Shown one piece after another: positions 8,868 to 18,347 of a DNA stretch of 57,305 nucleotides. Position 1 is the first letter of the stretch; the number at the start of each line of letters is the position of its first letter. Location of the stretch: positions 1-57,305 of the forward strand of contig DAIQBJ010000002.1 of NCBI GenBank assembly GCA_036781225.1. Direction: 5' to 3'. Under the pieces are notes generated by a model, which saw only the letters and a list, made by a program, of their open reading frames with translations, did no database searches and was not told the DNA's origin. Source of the DNA: Gemmatimonadales bacterium. Its GTDB lineage: Bacteria > Gemmatimonadota > Gemmatimonadetes > Gemmatimonadales > GWC2-71-9. Made by a program: the position numbers and the translations under genes.

Positions 8868-10424
8868 CTAGGCGGTTGGGCCCGCACCTCGAACTGCTGG
8901 CGAGACCGAATCCGCGAATTGCTCGAAGTTCTTCCGGAAGAGCGTGGTGAGCTTCCCGGCTTGAGCGTCGTACGCCGCCGGATCCTTCCAGGTCTGGCGT
9001 GGATCAAGCAGTTGATCGGCCACACCCGCGACGTGTTGCGGCACCGCGAGCCCGAACACCGGCTCGCGTCGCGTGGAGACTTTGTCCAGCAGTCCTGCCA
9101 GCGCGGCGCGAATCATGGCTCGCGTGCTCTTCAGATCCATCCGATGACCGATTCCATACGGCCCGCTCGTCCACCCCGTATTCACGAGCCAGCACTGCAC
9201 GGCATGTCGCTCGATGCGCTGTCCGAGCATCCTGGCGTAGACGGCGGGAGGCAGCGGCAGGAACGGCGCGCCAAAGCAGGCCGAGAACGTCTCTTTGGGC
9301 TCCGTGACCCCGCGCTCCGTGCCCGCGACTTTGGCGGTATACCCCGACAGGAAGTGATACATCGCCTGCTCGGGGGTGAGCTTCGCAATCGGCGGCATCA
9401 CCCCGAAGGCATCGCACGTGAGGAAAACGACGTGGCGCGGATGTCCCGCCATTCCCTCCGGCACGTGGTTCGGGATGTAGTGAATCGGATACGAGGCACG
9501 GGTATTCTCGGTAATGCGCGCCGAATCGAGATCGATCGCCCCGCTCCGCGGGTCGATGTCGACGTTTTCCAGCACGGTTCCGAACATCTCGGTGGTGGCG
9601 TAGATCTCCGGCTCACCGGCGCGCGACAGTTTGATGACTTTGGCGTAGCAGCCGCCTTCGAAGTTGAAGATCCCCTCGTCCGACCATCCATGTTCGTCAT
9701 CACCTATCAACTGGCGTTCCGGATCCGCTGAAAGAGTGGTTTTGCCGGTGCCGGAGAGGCCAAAGAAGAGGGCCGTGTCGCCGTCCCGGCCAACGTTTGC
9801 CGAGCAATGCATCGAGAGCACGCCCTGCTGCGGCAACAGGTAGTTGAGGATCGTGAAGATCGACTTCTTCAGCTCGCCGGCATAGCGGGTGCCACCGATC
9901 AGGATTGTGCGCTGCGCGAGACTGACGATGATGAACGTGCCCGACTTGGTGCCGTGCACGGCGGGGTCGGCATGGAATTCCGGAGCGTGCAGGACCTCGA
10001 ATCCCGGATCGAAGCGGGCAAGGTCTCCATCGCTGGGCCGCAGGAACATGTTGTAGACAAACAGCGCGTGCCAGGCATTCGGCGTGATGAACCGAATCGG
10101 CAAGCGGTAATCGGGATCGGCGCCGGCGTACACGTCGCGAATGAAGAGCTCCTGGCCCTGCAGGTGGGCTTCGACGTCCGCCTTGAGTCGCTCGAACAGC
10201 TTCGGATCGATCGGTTGGTTGACCTTGCCCCACCAGATCTGGTCGCTCGATGCGGGCTCCCGCACGATGAACTTGTCGTTCGGGCTGCGGCCGGTGTGCG
10301 GCGACGTCACCACGGCAAAAGGACCGGATGGCGTCACGACGCCCTCGCGGCGCCGGACGGCGTGCTCGTACAACTGGGAGGGCGTCAGATTCCTATAGAC
10401 ACGCTGCTCGAGAGAAATCGTCAC
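8868..10424 (-). CDS. pckA: Phosphoenolpyruvate carboxykinase (ATP)
   Basis: The 518-aa protein carries the kinase-1a motif FFGLSGTGKTTLS. Typical PckA blocks are LIGDDEHGW, GGCYAK and PNAWHALFVYNMF. Confidence 0.92.
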   Translation of the reverse strand: MTISLEQRVYRNLTPSQLYEHAVRRREGVVTPSGPFAVVTSPHTGRSPNDKFIVREPASSDQIWWGKVNQPIDPKLFERLKADVEAHLQGQELFIRDVYAGADPDYRLPIRFITPNAWHALFVYNMFLRPSDGDLARFDPGFEVLHAPEFHADPAVHGTKSGTFIIVSLAQRTILIGGTRYAGELKKSIFTILNYLLPQQGVLSMHCSANVGRDGDTALFFGLSGTGKTTLSADPERQLIGDDEHGWSDEGIFNFEGGCYAKVIKLSRAGEPEIYATTEMFGTVLENVDIDPRSGAIDLDSARITENTRASYPIHYIPNHVPEGMAGHPRHVVFLTCDAFGVMPPIAKLTPEQAMYHFLSGYTAKVAGTERGVTEPKETFSACFGAPFLPLPPAVYARMLGQRIERHAVQCWLVNTGWTSGPYGIGHRMDLKSTRAMIRAALAGLLDKVSTRREPVFGLAVPQHVAGVADQLLDPRQTWKDPAAYDAQAGKLTTLFRKNFEQFADSVSPAVRGAGPTA

Positions 10425-12700
10425 GATCGCTCGGTCGTTGGCCGCGCGTGGCGGCGATGCTCTAAAGCGTCCACGGCGGCTATCACCGCCATGTTTACGA
10501 TATCGGGGACTTCGGACAGCCTTTGCAAGACATGGACCGGTTGGTCCATTCCCACAAGGATAGGCCCGATCGCCTGAGCGTCGCCAAGGCGGGCCAGCAG
10601 CTTGTACGCGATGTTCGCAGCATCTAAGTCAGGGAATATCAATATGTTAGCTGGGCCGCGCAGCCTGGCGAAGGGATACACCCGGGTCAGGATCCGCTCC
10701 ACCACGGCCGTATCCGCCTGCATTTCGCCATCCACCTGGAGGTCGGGCTCGCGTTCCTGCAAAAGTGCGACGGCGCGCTGCACTTTTGCTGCAGCCGGAT
10801 GCTTCACCGAGCCGAAGTTCGAGAAGGACAGCATGGCGACTCGCGGCTCGATACCCAGCCTGGACACGAACTTCGCGGTCGCCGAGGCGATCTCGGCGAG
10901 GGTTTCGGCGTCCGGCTCGATGTTGACCGTGGTGTCGGCGAAGAAGAAGGTCTGCTGGCGGACGATCATCATATAGATGCCGCTGGCATGCTTGCGTCCC
11001 GGCTCGACACCGATCACCTCGAGGGCGGGGCGCACGGCATCGGGATAGTCGATCTCCTCACCGGCGACGAGGGCGTCGACGCGGCCGCCGCGCAGCATCA
11101 GCAACCCGTAATACATCGGGTCGAGCACGCGCCGTTGCGCTTCCCGCAGCGTCATGCCGCGCCGCTGGCGCCGCTGCCACAACTCTCGTCCCATCGCCTC
11201 GCGGTCGGCGGCGCTCGCCGGATTGACCAGCTCGAGATCCTCGAGCGTGAGCGACGCGTCATCGGCCTGGCGCCGAATCGCGTCGAGGTCGCCCAGCAGG
11301 ATCGGCCGCGCGATTCCCTCATCGGCGAGAATGCGCGCCGCCCGCAGGATCCGGGGGTCGTCGCCCTCGGGAAACACGACGCGCGGCGGATCCTGTTGTG
11401 CCCGGCTGATGAGCCCGCGCATCACCTGACGTTCGGGCCCGAGCCGCGCTTCGAGCTCGGCGCGGTATTCCTCCACGTCGATGATGCGTCCGGCGATTCC
11501 GGAAGCGACGGCGGCCCATGCCACGGCCGGAGCCACCCAGAGGAGCACCCGAGGATCGAACGGCTTGGGAATCAGGTAGTCGGGTCCGAACTTGAGCTTA
11601 TCGATGCCGTAGGCGCGCGTGACCGATTCGGGGACTTCTTCCTTGGCGAGGGCGGCCAGCGCGCGCGTCGCCGCCATCTCCATCTCGTCGTTGATTTTCT
11701 TGGCGCGCACGTCGAGCGCTCCCCGAAAGATGAAAGGGAAGCCGAGGACGTTGTTCACCTGGTTGGGAAAGTCCGAGCGACCCGTTGCGACAATCGCGTC
11801 GGGCCGCGCTTTCCTGGCTTCGTCCGGCATGATCTCCGGCGTCGGATTGGCGAGCGCAAAGATCACCGGCCGCTTCGCCATGCCTTGGAGCATCTCGCCC
11901 GTCACGATCCCCGCCACCGACAATCCCACAAATACATCCGCGCCTTGCAGGGCCTCCGCGAGCGACCTCGCTTTTGTATCACCGGCAAAACGTTGCTTGA
12001 ACTCGTCGAGTCCCTCGCGACCCTGGTAGATCACGCCCTTGTGATCGCACATGACGATATTCTCGCGCGTTACCCCGAGCCGCACGTAATGCTCGGCGGT
12101 GGCGATCGCCGCCGCACCGGCCCCGGCAAACACGACCTTGATCCTGGCGATGTCCTTCTGGACGAGCGTCAGCGCGTTGAGCAGCGCCGCGCCCGAAATG
12201 ATCGCGGTGCCATGCTGGTCGTCGTGAAAAACGGGTATGCCGAGCGTGTCACGGAGCTTCCGCTCGATGTAGAAACAATCGGGTGAGCGGATATCTTCGA
12301 GGTTGATTCCACCGACGGTCGGCTCGAGCAGCTGGCAGAACCGGATCACATCGTCGGGGTCTTCAGAGCCCACTTCGAGGTCGAACACGTCGATGTCGGC
12401 GAACGCCTTGAAGAGGATGCCTTTTCCTTCCATGACCGGCTTGCCGGCCAGGGCGCCGATGTTGCCCAGGCCGAGGACCGCGGTGCCGTTGCTGACGACG
12501 GCGACGAGGTTGCCCTTGGCGGTGTAGACGTAGGCATCGTCGGGGCGTTTCGCGATCTCCAGGCACGGCTCCGCGACCCCCGGGGTGTACGCGAGGGAAA
12601 GGTCTCGCTGATCCTTGAACGGCTTTGTGGGCGTGACCTGGATCTTCCCAGGGCGGCCCTGGGCGTGATAGTCGAGGGCCTCCTGGCGGCGGGTGGACAA
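10421..12700 (-). CDS. maeB: NADP-dependent malic enzyme with C-terminal phosphate-acetyltransferase-like domain (MaeB type)
   Basis: The protein is 759 aa. The N-terminus reads [23 protein letters not shown], and the Rossmann motif is [10 protein letters not shown]. The C-terminal roughly 330 aa is PTA-like. The stop overlaps the pckA start. Confidence 0.92.
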   Translation of the reverse strand: MSTRRQEALDYHAQGRPGKIQVTPTKPFKDQRDLSLAYTPGVAEPCLEIAKRPDDAYVYTAKGNLVAVVSNGTAVLGLGNIGALAGKPVMEGKGILFKAFADIDVFDLEVGSEDPDDVIRFCQLLEPTVGGINLEDIRSPDCFYIERKLRDTLGIPVFHDDQHGTAIISGAALLNALTLVQKDIARIKVVFAGAGAAAIATAEHYVRLGVTRENIVMCDHKGVIYQGREGLDEFKQRFAGDTKARSLAEALQGADVFVGLSVAGIVTGEMLQGMAKRPVIFALANPTPEIMPDEARKARPDAIVATGRSDFPNQVNNVLGFPFIFRGALDVRAKKINDEMEMAATRALAALAKEEVPESVTRAYGIDKLKFGPDYLIPKPFDPRVLLWVAPAVAWAAVASGIAGRIIDVEEYRAELEARLGPERQVMRGLISRAQQDPPRVVFPEGDDPRILRAARILADEGIARPILLGDLDAIRRQADDASLTLEDLELVNPASAADREAMGRELWQRRQRRGMTLREAQRRVLDPMYYGLLMLRGGRVDALVAGEEIDYPDAVRPALEVIGVEPGRKHASGIYMMIVRQQTFFFADTTVNIEPDAETLAEIASATAKFVSRLGIEPRVAMLSFSNFGSVKHPAAAKVQRAVALLQEREPDLQVDGEMQADTAVVERILTRVYPFARLRGPANILIFPDLDAANIAYKLLARLGDAQAIGPILVGMDQPVHVLQRLSEVPDIVNMAVIAAVDALEHRRHARPTTERS

Positions 12701-12752
12701 GAACAGAAGTCCTTTTTTGAGAAGGGGTTATGCTAAGACGACGTGACTCGGG

Positions 12753-12780
12753 CTGTCAAGGTCGAGTCTCGACTTATATT
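12753..12780 (+). promoter_or_regulatory. Candidate promoter with an operator palindrome in the spacer
   Basis: A -35-like CTGTCA (12753-12758) and a -10-like TATATT (12775-12780) are separated by 16 nt. The spacer contains the perfect palindrome GTCGAG-T-CTCGAC (12761-12773). This is one of the few AT-rich patches in the window. Confidence 0.35.
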
Positions 12781-13128
12781 ATGCCGCCGATGCAGAAACG
12801 CTCGCCCATGGTGCGCACGACGCTGCTTCTCCTGACGCTGTTGCAGTTCGGCGTCCCGGCCGCCGCTGCATGGGCGGACGCTCGCCTCGAGCAGCGCAGC
12901 GGTCCCACGCACATCGAGTCGCACTCCACCGACGTCTGCGTCCGCATCCATCCGGCCGATTGCGCGTTCCATCGTTTCCTGAGCGCGCCGCTCGCGCGTA
13001 CCTCCCCGATTGTTGTGCGAATTCGCGAGGGGCTGGGAATGCGGTGGACGGCGCGAGCTCCTCGCGCCGCATGGGTTTCGTCGGGCGTCAACCTTCCCGA
13101 TTCGCGCGCTCCTCCGACGCTCTCCTGA
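12781..13128 (+). CDS. Small secreted His/Cys-motif protein, copy A (paralog of 21567-21902)
   Basis: The signal peptide is MVRTTLLLLTLLQFGVPAAAAWA, followed by the core ESHSTDVCVRIHPADCAFH and the C-terminal tail SRAPPTLS. The start is ambiguous: ATG 12781, 12790 or 12808, and the ORF track opens at 12730. Support for coding comes from paralogy with copy B and from its position 5' of the receptor gene. Confidence 0.55.
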   Translation: MPPMQKRSPMVRTTLLLLTLLQFGVPAAAAWADARLEQRSGPTHIESHSTDVCVRIHPADCAFHRFLSAPLARTSPIVVRIREGLGMRWTARAPRAAWVSSGVNLPDSRAPPTLS

Positions 13129-13230
13129 GTAACGGCGCCGCGTTCGCGGCGACCGCAATCCCATCGATCCAGCCGGCGCCGCGCGCTCGCACCGAGTGCG
13201 TGCGCCGAGGATTATGACCAGGAGAGCGCC

Positions 13231-15423
13231 ATGCATTTCCTTTCATTGCTTACGGCATTGCTGTCCGCGAGCACCGGGGTGGTATCCGGTCGTGTGACTG
13301 CGTCTGCCGGCGGACCCGTCGCCGACGTCCAGGTGTCCATTCCCGATCTACATCGATCCACCACGACTGACAGCGCTGGGCGCTACTCGATTACGGGTGT
13401 GCCGGCCGGATCATTCACCATCACGTTTCAACGCATCGGCTACGCGCCGGCGGTCCGTCGCATTGTTTCCACCGGTGCGGATGTCAGCGCCGACGTCACG
13501 ATGAAGGAATCGGTCGTCGAGCTGACCGGCATTCAGGTCACGGCGAGCGCCAATGCCACGAGCGCGCTCAACTCGCCGCAGCCGACGAGTATCGTGGCGG
13601 GGGACGAGCTGCGACAGGCTCAGTCACCGAGCCTGGGGGAGACGCTCCAAGGCATCGCCGGCGTGCACAGCTGGAGTACCGGCGTGGGCATCGGCAAACC
13701 GGTCATTCGCGGACTCACCTCCAACCGCGTGCTTGTCCTGGACGACGGTCAACGCCTCGAGACCCAGCAATGGGGTGATGAGCACAGTCCCAACATCGAG
13801 ACCGCCAATGCCGAACGGATCGAAGTGATCCGCGGGCCGGCGAGCGTGCTGTACGGCTCGGACGCCCTGGGCGGCGTGATCAATGTGGTCGAGAAAGACC
13901 TGCCCGACGCACAGGGCATGCGTGGCAGCGCGAGCGCCGCATACGGCAGCGCCAACAGCCTGTGGGACGGCTCACTCGACTTGGAGGGCAGTAGCGGCAG
14001 CGTCGCCTTTCGGGGCAGTCTGAGTGGTCGGCGCAGCAGCGACGTCCATACCCCGGAGTACGTGTTGTGGAACAGCGGGAACGAGGCTGTCGGCGGCAGC
14101 GGGACGATCGGATCGCGGGGATCGTGGGGCAGCCTCTCGGCAACGTTCTCACAGCGCAACGAGCGCATCTCCATGACGGACGAAGATCCAACGGCAACCC
14201 CGACACAGCGGATGACCACCAGTCATGGCCGCGTGGACTTCGCCGCACCGCTCGGCGCGGCTCGCCTGGAGGTGTCGACCGGGTATGAACGCAGCCGCCG
14301 GCGCGAGTTCGAGGATGATACGACGACCACCGTGGGATTGGGATTGCTGTCGCAGACCTACCTCGCGGATGTCCACTATCATCACGAGCCGATCGGCCAG
14401 TTCTCGGGCTTGCTCGGCTTTTCAGGATTGCGGACGACGTTCGACAAATTCGGCGAGGAAACACTGATCCCGCCGAGCCAGGTCAACAATGCGGGCCTGT
14501 ACGTGTTCGAGCAGTCTGAAGGACGGCGCACCAACCTCTCGTTCGGCGCGCGGTACGATTACCGGCACCTGGACGTCGACGCCGATCCAGCCCTGGGTAA
14601 CGGCGCCCGAATCCACACGTGGAACTCATTGATCGGGAATCTGGGTCTCCTGTTCCACCTCAGCGAGCCAACGGCGCTCGTGATCAACGTTGGCCGTGGC
14701 TTTCGTGCTCCCTCCTCGTTTGATCTCTATTCGAACGGTGTGCACGAAGGGACGGTGGCGTTCGAACGGGGCAATCCAAACCTGAAGACCGAAAAATCGA
14801 TCAACACCGATGTCGCGCTGCGTGCACAGTCGTCGCGCCTGTCGCTCGAGGTTGGCACGTTCCTGAACCTGATTCAGGATTACATCTACACGTTCCCGAC
14901 TGGCACGGTCGACAGTGCGTCCGGATTCCAGATCTATGACGTGACCCAGGGCGACGCACGTCTCACCGGCGTTGAAGCAGCGCTCCAGTGGCACCCGATG
15001 TCATACCTGCACATTCAAGGCACCGCCGACTATGTGAATGGACAGAACACGAGCACAAATCAGCCGCTGCCCAACATGCCGCCGTTGCGGGCGACCTGGA
15101 CCGTGCGGTATGAGCGTGGCGAGCGAGCCTATATATCCGTCGGCGGGGAATCCAACGCGCGCCAGTCGCGACTCGATCCTGCCGAGCGTCAGTTTTATGC
15201 GGATGCTTTTGGTGGAGCGGGGTATCAATCTCAACCCTACACACTGGTGAATTTCGGCGCCGGCGCCGGTTGGATCGTGGGAGCGCGCACCCTCAAGGTG
15301 GACCTGTCGTTGCGCAACGCGTTCGACAAGCGCTACGCGGATTACCTGAGTCGCATCAAGACCAACGCGATCGATCCAGGCATGGGACGCTCACTCATCG
15401 CACGCGTAACGACGGAGTTCTAA
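13231..15423 (+). CDS. TonB-dependent outer-membrane receptor with N-terminal carboxypeptidase-regulatory-like domain
   Basis: After the signal peptide comes a CarboxypepD_reg-like module (GRVTASAGGPVADVQVSIPDL..TDSAGRYSITGVPAGSFTITFQRIGYAP). Plug motifs are GIGKPVIRGLTSNRVLVLDDGQR and IEVIRGPASVLYGSDALGGVINVV. The beta-barrel ends in a terminal Phe. Confidence 0.9.
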   Translation: MHFLSLLTALLSASTGVVSGRVTASAGGPVADVQVSIPDLHRSTTTDSAGRYSITGVPAGSFTITFQRIGYAPAVRRIVSTGADVSADVTMKESVVELTGIQVTASANATSALNSPQPTSIVAGDELRQAQSPSLGETLQGIAGVHSWSTGVGIGKPVIRGLTSNRVLVLDDGQRLETQQWGDEHSPNIETANAERIEVIRGPASVLYGSDALGGVINVVEKDLPDAQGMRGSASAAYGSANSLWDGSLDLEGSSGSVAFRGSLSGRRSSDVHTPEYVLWNSGNEAVGGSGTIGSRGSWGSLSATFSQRNERISMTDEDPTATPTQRMTTSHGRVDFAAPLGAARLEVSTGYERSRRREFEDDTTTTVGLGLLSQTYLADVHYHHEPIGQFSGLLGFSGLRTTFDKFGEETLIPPSQVNNAGLYVFEQSEGRRTNLSFGARYDYRHLDVDADPALGNGARIHTWNSLIGNLGLLFHLSEPTALVINVGRGFRAPSSFDLYSNGVHEGTVAFERGNPNLKTEKSINTDVALRAQSSRLSLEVGTFLNLIQDYIYTFPTGTVDSASGFQIYDVTQGDARLTGVEAALQWHPMSYLHIQGTADYVNGQNTSTNQPLPNMPPLRATWTVRYERGERAYISVGGESNARQSRLDPAERQFYADAFGGAGYQSQPYTLVNFGAGAGWIVGARTLKVDLSLRNAFDKRYADYLSRIKTNAIDPGMGRSLIARVTTEF

Positions 15424-15424
15424 A

Positions 15425-17092
15425 GTGGCCGTGATCTCGCGAATCTCGACAATAGCGGCGGCCGGGGGTCTGGCCCTGGTCGCCGCGTGCGTCCATGACT
15501 CTCCTGGTCCCAGCCAGGGCGCCTGTACAGCACACGGAACCGACATCGCGCTCGCCGTTGCGGCGTATCAGTCGATCGATCCCGTGAGCGACTCCGGATG
15601 CGTCAACTTCCCGGCAAACGCTTCGACGATCGATTCGGCCGAGTACTTGGTGCTCCCGTGGTCGGCGGCGACGACGCCGATCGTTTCCGCGCCATTCTCG
15701 CTGGTCTCAGAGATGCCCGCCGCGTCGATCGCGATTCCGCAGATGGCATCGTTTGCGGGGGGAAGTCATGGCGAGGCGGCAGCAGCCTTCGACTATTTCC
15801 TCCGGGGGATGGCGCGGTCGCGGCGCTATCCGGTTGACCCCCGGTTCGCAGCAGCGCCGAGCGCTGGGCCGCTGGCAGCTACGACCGCCGGTCCCCCCAC
15901 TGTGGGGAGCGTGCGGACGTTCAAGGTCTGCTCGAATTTCACCTGTTCCAGCTTCGCGAGCGTCGGTGCCCGAGTACAGTCCGTCGGCCTGCACATCGCC
16001 ATCTATGTCGACACCACGGCGCCATCGCCCGGCCTTGCGACGGCCGACTTCGACTCCTTGCGGCAAGTCTTTGATACGCGGCTGTATCCCATCGATACGG
16101 TGGCGTTTGGGCATGTTTCCGATATCGACTCGAACACCGTCGCGATCGTGCTGATGACCGGTGTGGTGAACAAACTCGTCACCAAGTCGCGCTGCCACAG
16201 CAGCGGCTACATCGCCGGATTCTTCTTCTCCGGCGATCTGGACCCCATTGCCGCGCCGCAGTTCAACAACGGCGAAATCTTTTATTCGATTGTCGCCGAT
16301 CCGGATAGCACGCTGAGCTGCGCGCACTCCGCGCAGGACGTCATCCATACCACGCCCGTCACGTTCACGCACGAATTCCAGCACATGATCAACTTTGTGG
16401 AGCACGTGAGGGTGAAATCGGCGAACTCCGAGGAGGGGTGGCTCGATGAGGGGCTCTCGAAGTATGCGGAGGAGATCGCGGGGCGCAGTTATCTCGCCCA
16501 AGGCGATACGGCAACCTTCAGCCGCTACGCCATCGGATCGGTCTTTGATGCGTACCAGTACTTGCTCGCTCCCGGCAGTTCACCACTGCTGATTCCCGAG
16601 GACACCGGGTCGCTCGCGGAGATCGGAGCGAGCTGGCTCTTTGTTCGCTACATCGTCGATCAATTCGGGGATTCGTTACCAGGCAAACTGGTGCAGAGCA
16701 ATCTCACCGGGGCGGCGAATGTGCAGGGAAAAACGGGCCAGCCATTCGATCAGACAGTGAGCAGGTGGGCGTTGGCGAACTACGTCGCCGATCTCGCAGG
16801 CTTCACCGCCCCACCCGAGCTGCAGTACACGACGTGGCACTTCCACCGCACGTTTGCGTCGTTGCATACCCAGGACCCCACCGACTTTCCACGGGCGTAT
16901 CCGCTAGTGCCTCTCGTATCGGCAGGCAGCGCTCTCAACTTCACTGGTACGCTCCACTCCGGATCGGGCGAATACGTGCGAGCGGTGCAGCGACCGGGCG
17001 GCGCCGCATTCAGGTTGCATTTCAGCGGCCCCGGAGGCGCGCCGTTCCCGGCGACGATCGTTGCGCGCCTGGTGGTCGCGCGGATTCGCTAG
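15425..17092 (+). CDS. Lipoprotein with gluzincin (HExxH + E) metallopeptidase motif, M30/M1-like
   Basis: A lipobox (LALVAAC) is present. The motif HEFQHMINF..EEGWLDEGLSKYAEE resembles the M1-type HExxH..WLNEG Glu ligand. The GTG start lies 1 nt after the receptor stop. The stop overlaps the convergent gene stop (CTAG). Confidence 0.65.
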   Translation: MAVISRISTIAAAGGLALVAACVHDSPGPSQGACTAHGTDIALAVAAYQSIDPVSDSGCVNFPANASTIDSAEYLVLPWSAATTPIVSAPFSLVSEMPAASIAIPQMASFAGGSHGEAAAAFDYFLRGMARSRRYPVDPRFAAAPSAGPLAATTAGPPTVGSVRTFKVCSNFTCSSFASVGARVQSVGLHIAIYVDTTAPSPGLATADFDSLRQVFDTRLYPIDTVAFGHVSDIDSNTVAIVLMTGVVNKLVTKSRCHSSGYIAGFFFSGDLDPIAAPQFNNGEIFYSIVADPDSTLSCAHSAQDVIHTTPVTFTHEFQHMINFVEHVRVKSANSEEGWLDEGLSKYAEEIAGRSYLAQGDTATFSRYAIGSVFDAYQYLLAPGSSPLLIPEDTGSLAEIGASWLFVRYIVDQFGDSLPGKLVQSNLTGAANVQGKTGQPFDQTVSRWALANYVADLAGFTAPPELQYTTWHFHRTFASLHTQDPTDFPRAYPLVPLVSAGSALNFTGTLHSGSGEYVRAVQRPGGAAFRLHFSGPGGAPFPATIVARLVVARIR

Positions 17093-17715
17093 CGGGGGGC
17101 GGGCGCGATCGTCGGCGCGGTGTGATACAGCACCTGGACCGTCTGACGATCGCGGCCACTCGGCGCCGACACCTGCACGGCGGAATACATGATGTCTTGC
17201 TGTGCGGGACTTTCCTGTAACAATCCCAGCGTGTGCCCTAGTTCGTGAATCGTCACGCGCTGTAAACAGGCAGAAACCTGCGCGGCAGTGTAGACCTGCG
17301 CCGTCGTGATACGGATTTGCGTGTGAATCGGTTCCGCGAGCGCCGTGCCGGCACTGTCCAGCTGTAGGGTCGTGACGCCGTCGCACGCGAACACGGGCGG
17401 GCCGTTATCCGGCGGCACGTTCGGCGGCACGCTATCGAACCATGTCACGATCACGTCGGCCACGGTGGAATCGTTGACCATGTCACCCGAGAATTCGCCG
17501 TACAGGAGTTGATTCTCCCACGCCCCGATGGCGCGCGCGACAAGGTCGCGCATGTTGCTCCGTGTGTCGGCATAGTAGCGCACGGGCACCCGGCTCTCGG
17601 GCCAGCGGAACACGTCACCCGCAAAGTCGAAGCCATACCAGGCCATACGGTCGGGCGCAGCCGGCTCACTGCACGCCACCAGGAGCACGGCGCCGATGAT
17701 CAGTCGCCGTTTCAT
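17089..17715 (-). CDS. Small lipoprotein, matrixin/metzincin-like zinc protease fold with an atypical third ligand
   Basis: A lipobox (AVLLVAC) is present. The motif is IHELGHTLGLLQESPAQQDIMYS, that is HExxHxxGxxQ in place of HExxHxxGxxH/D. A Met-turn-like IMY follows. Confidence 0.6.
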   Translation of the reverse strand: MKRRLIIGAVLLVACSEPAAPDRMAWYGFDFAGDVFRWPESRVPVRYYADTRSNMRDLVARAIGAWENQLLYGEFSGDMVNDSTVADVIVTWFDSVPPNVPPDNGPPVFACDGVTTLQLDSAGTALAEPIHTQIRITTAQVYTAAQVSACLQRVTIHELGHTLGLLQESPAQQDIMYSAVQVSAPSGRDRQTVQVLYHTAPTIAPAPR

Positions 17716-18347
17716 GGCGCGGTTGCGCCTTTCCCGAGAATGCGCATCCCGATCCCCAGCGACAGGCGATGCACCAGCTGCGTCGAAGTGAATCCGTCGG
17801 CATGCAACGCCGCAGTCGAGAACCGGTGCACGTCATAGCGCAGCGACAGGCCGATGTCGTGTGCCACGCCGGCCGCCGCGGGCGTCCAGTAGAGGCTCGC
17901 GGTGCCGAGGGCCCACAATCCGGTACCGGCCCGAAACATTCCGATTGCTTCGCTCGGCAGATGCTTGATGGCGCCGAAACCCGCGCGTGCCGTGAGACCG
18001 TGGGCGATCTCGCGACGGACGCCGACGGTGAACGCGATCGTGGTCACCGAATTGAACTTGCTCGTGGTACCGCTCTCGTGGCGCTGCAGCGACGACCACG
18101 ACACGTCGAGATTGGCGTCGGGCGTCCACGGGCTGCTGCTGCGCTGACTGATGGCCAGCGCGAGCGCCGGGCCGACGGCGGCCTGCACGTCGACTGGAAC
18201 CACGATCGAATCGTGCACGAGCGGCGAGGTGTAGCGGGCGGCGACGGTGGCGTGGAGAGAGACCTGAGCGGTTAGGTGGTCAGGCAGAAAGGCGGTTAGT
18301 AAAGTGGCGATGGCAGCGCAACCGCCCAGCCCAACCATCCAGCTCAC
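17712..18347 (-). CDS. Small outer-membrane beta-barrel-like protein (hypothetical)
   Basis: The 211-aa protein has an N-terminal hydrophobic leader and alternating hydrophobic beta-strand patterns (ISQRSS..NLDVSWS, TIAFTVGVRREI, LSLRYDVHRF, HRLSLGIGMRI). Both its start and its stop overlap the neighbouring genes by 4 nt. Confidence 0.5.
   Translation of the reverse strand: MSWMVGLGGCAAIATLLTAFLPDHLTAQVSLHATVAARYTSPLVHDSIVVPVDVQAAVGPALALAISQRSSSPWTPDANLDVSWSSLQRHESGTTSKFNSVTTIAFTVGVRREIAHGLTARAGFGAIKHLPSEAIGMFRAGTGLWALGTASLYWTPAAAGVAHDIGLSLRYDVHRFSTAALHADGFTSTQLVHRLSLGIGMRILGKGATAP

Noticed and set aside
13129-13230. A riboswitch (for example cobalamin) could lie upstream of the TonB-dependent receptor. 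A SAM/Met riboswitch could lie upstream of the trans-sulfuration gene.
   Set aside because: The receptor leader is only about 100 nt and shows only a short GC hairpin. The trans-sulfuration gene has no leader at all, since its start overlaps the upstream gene.
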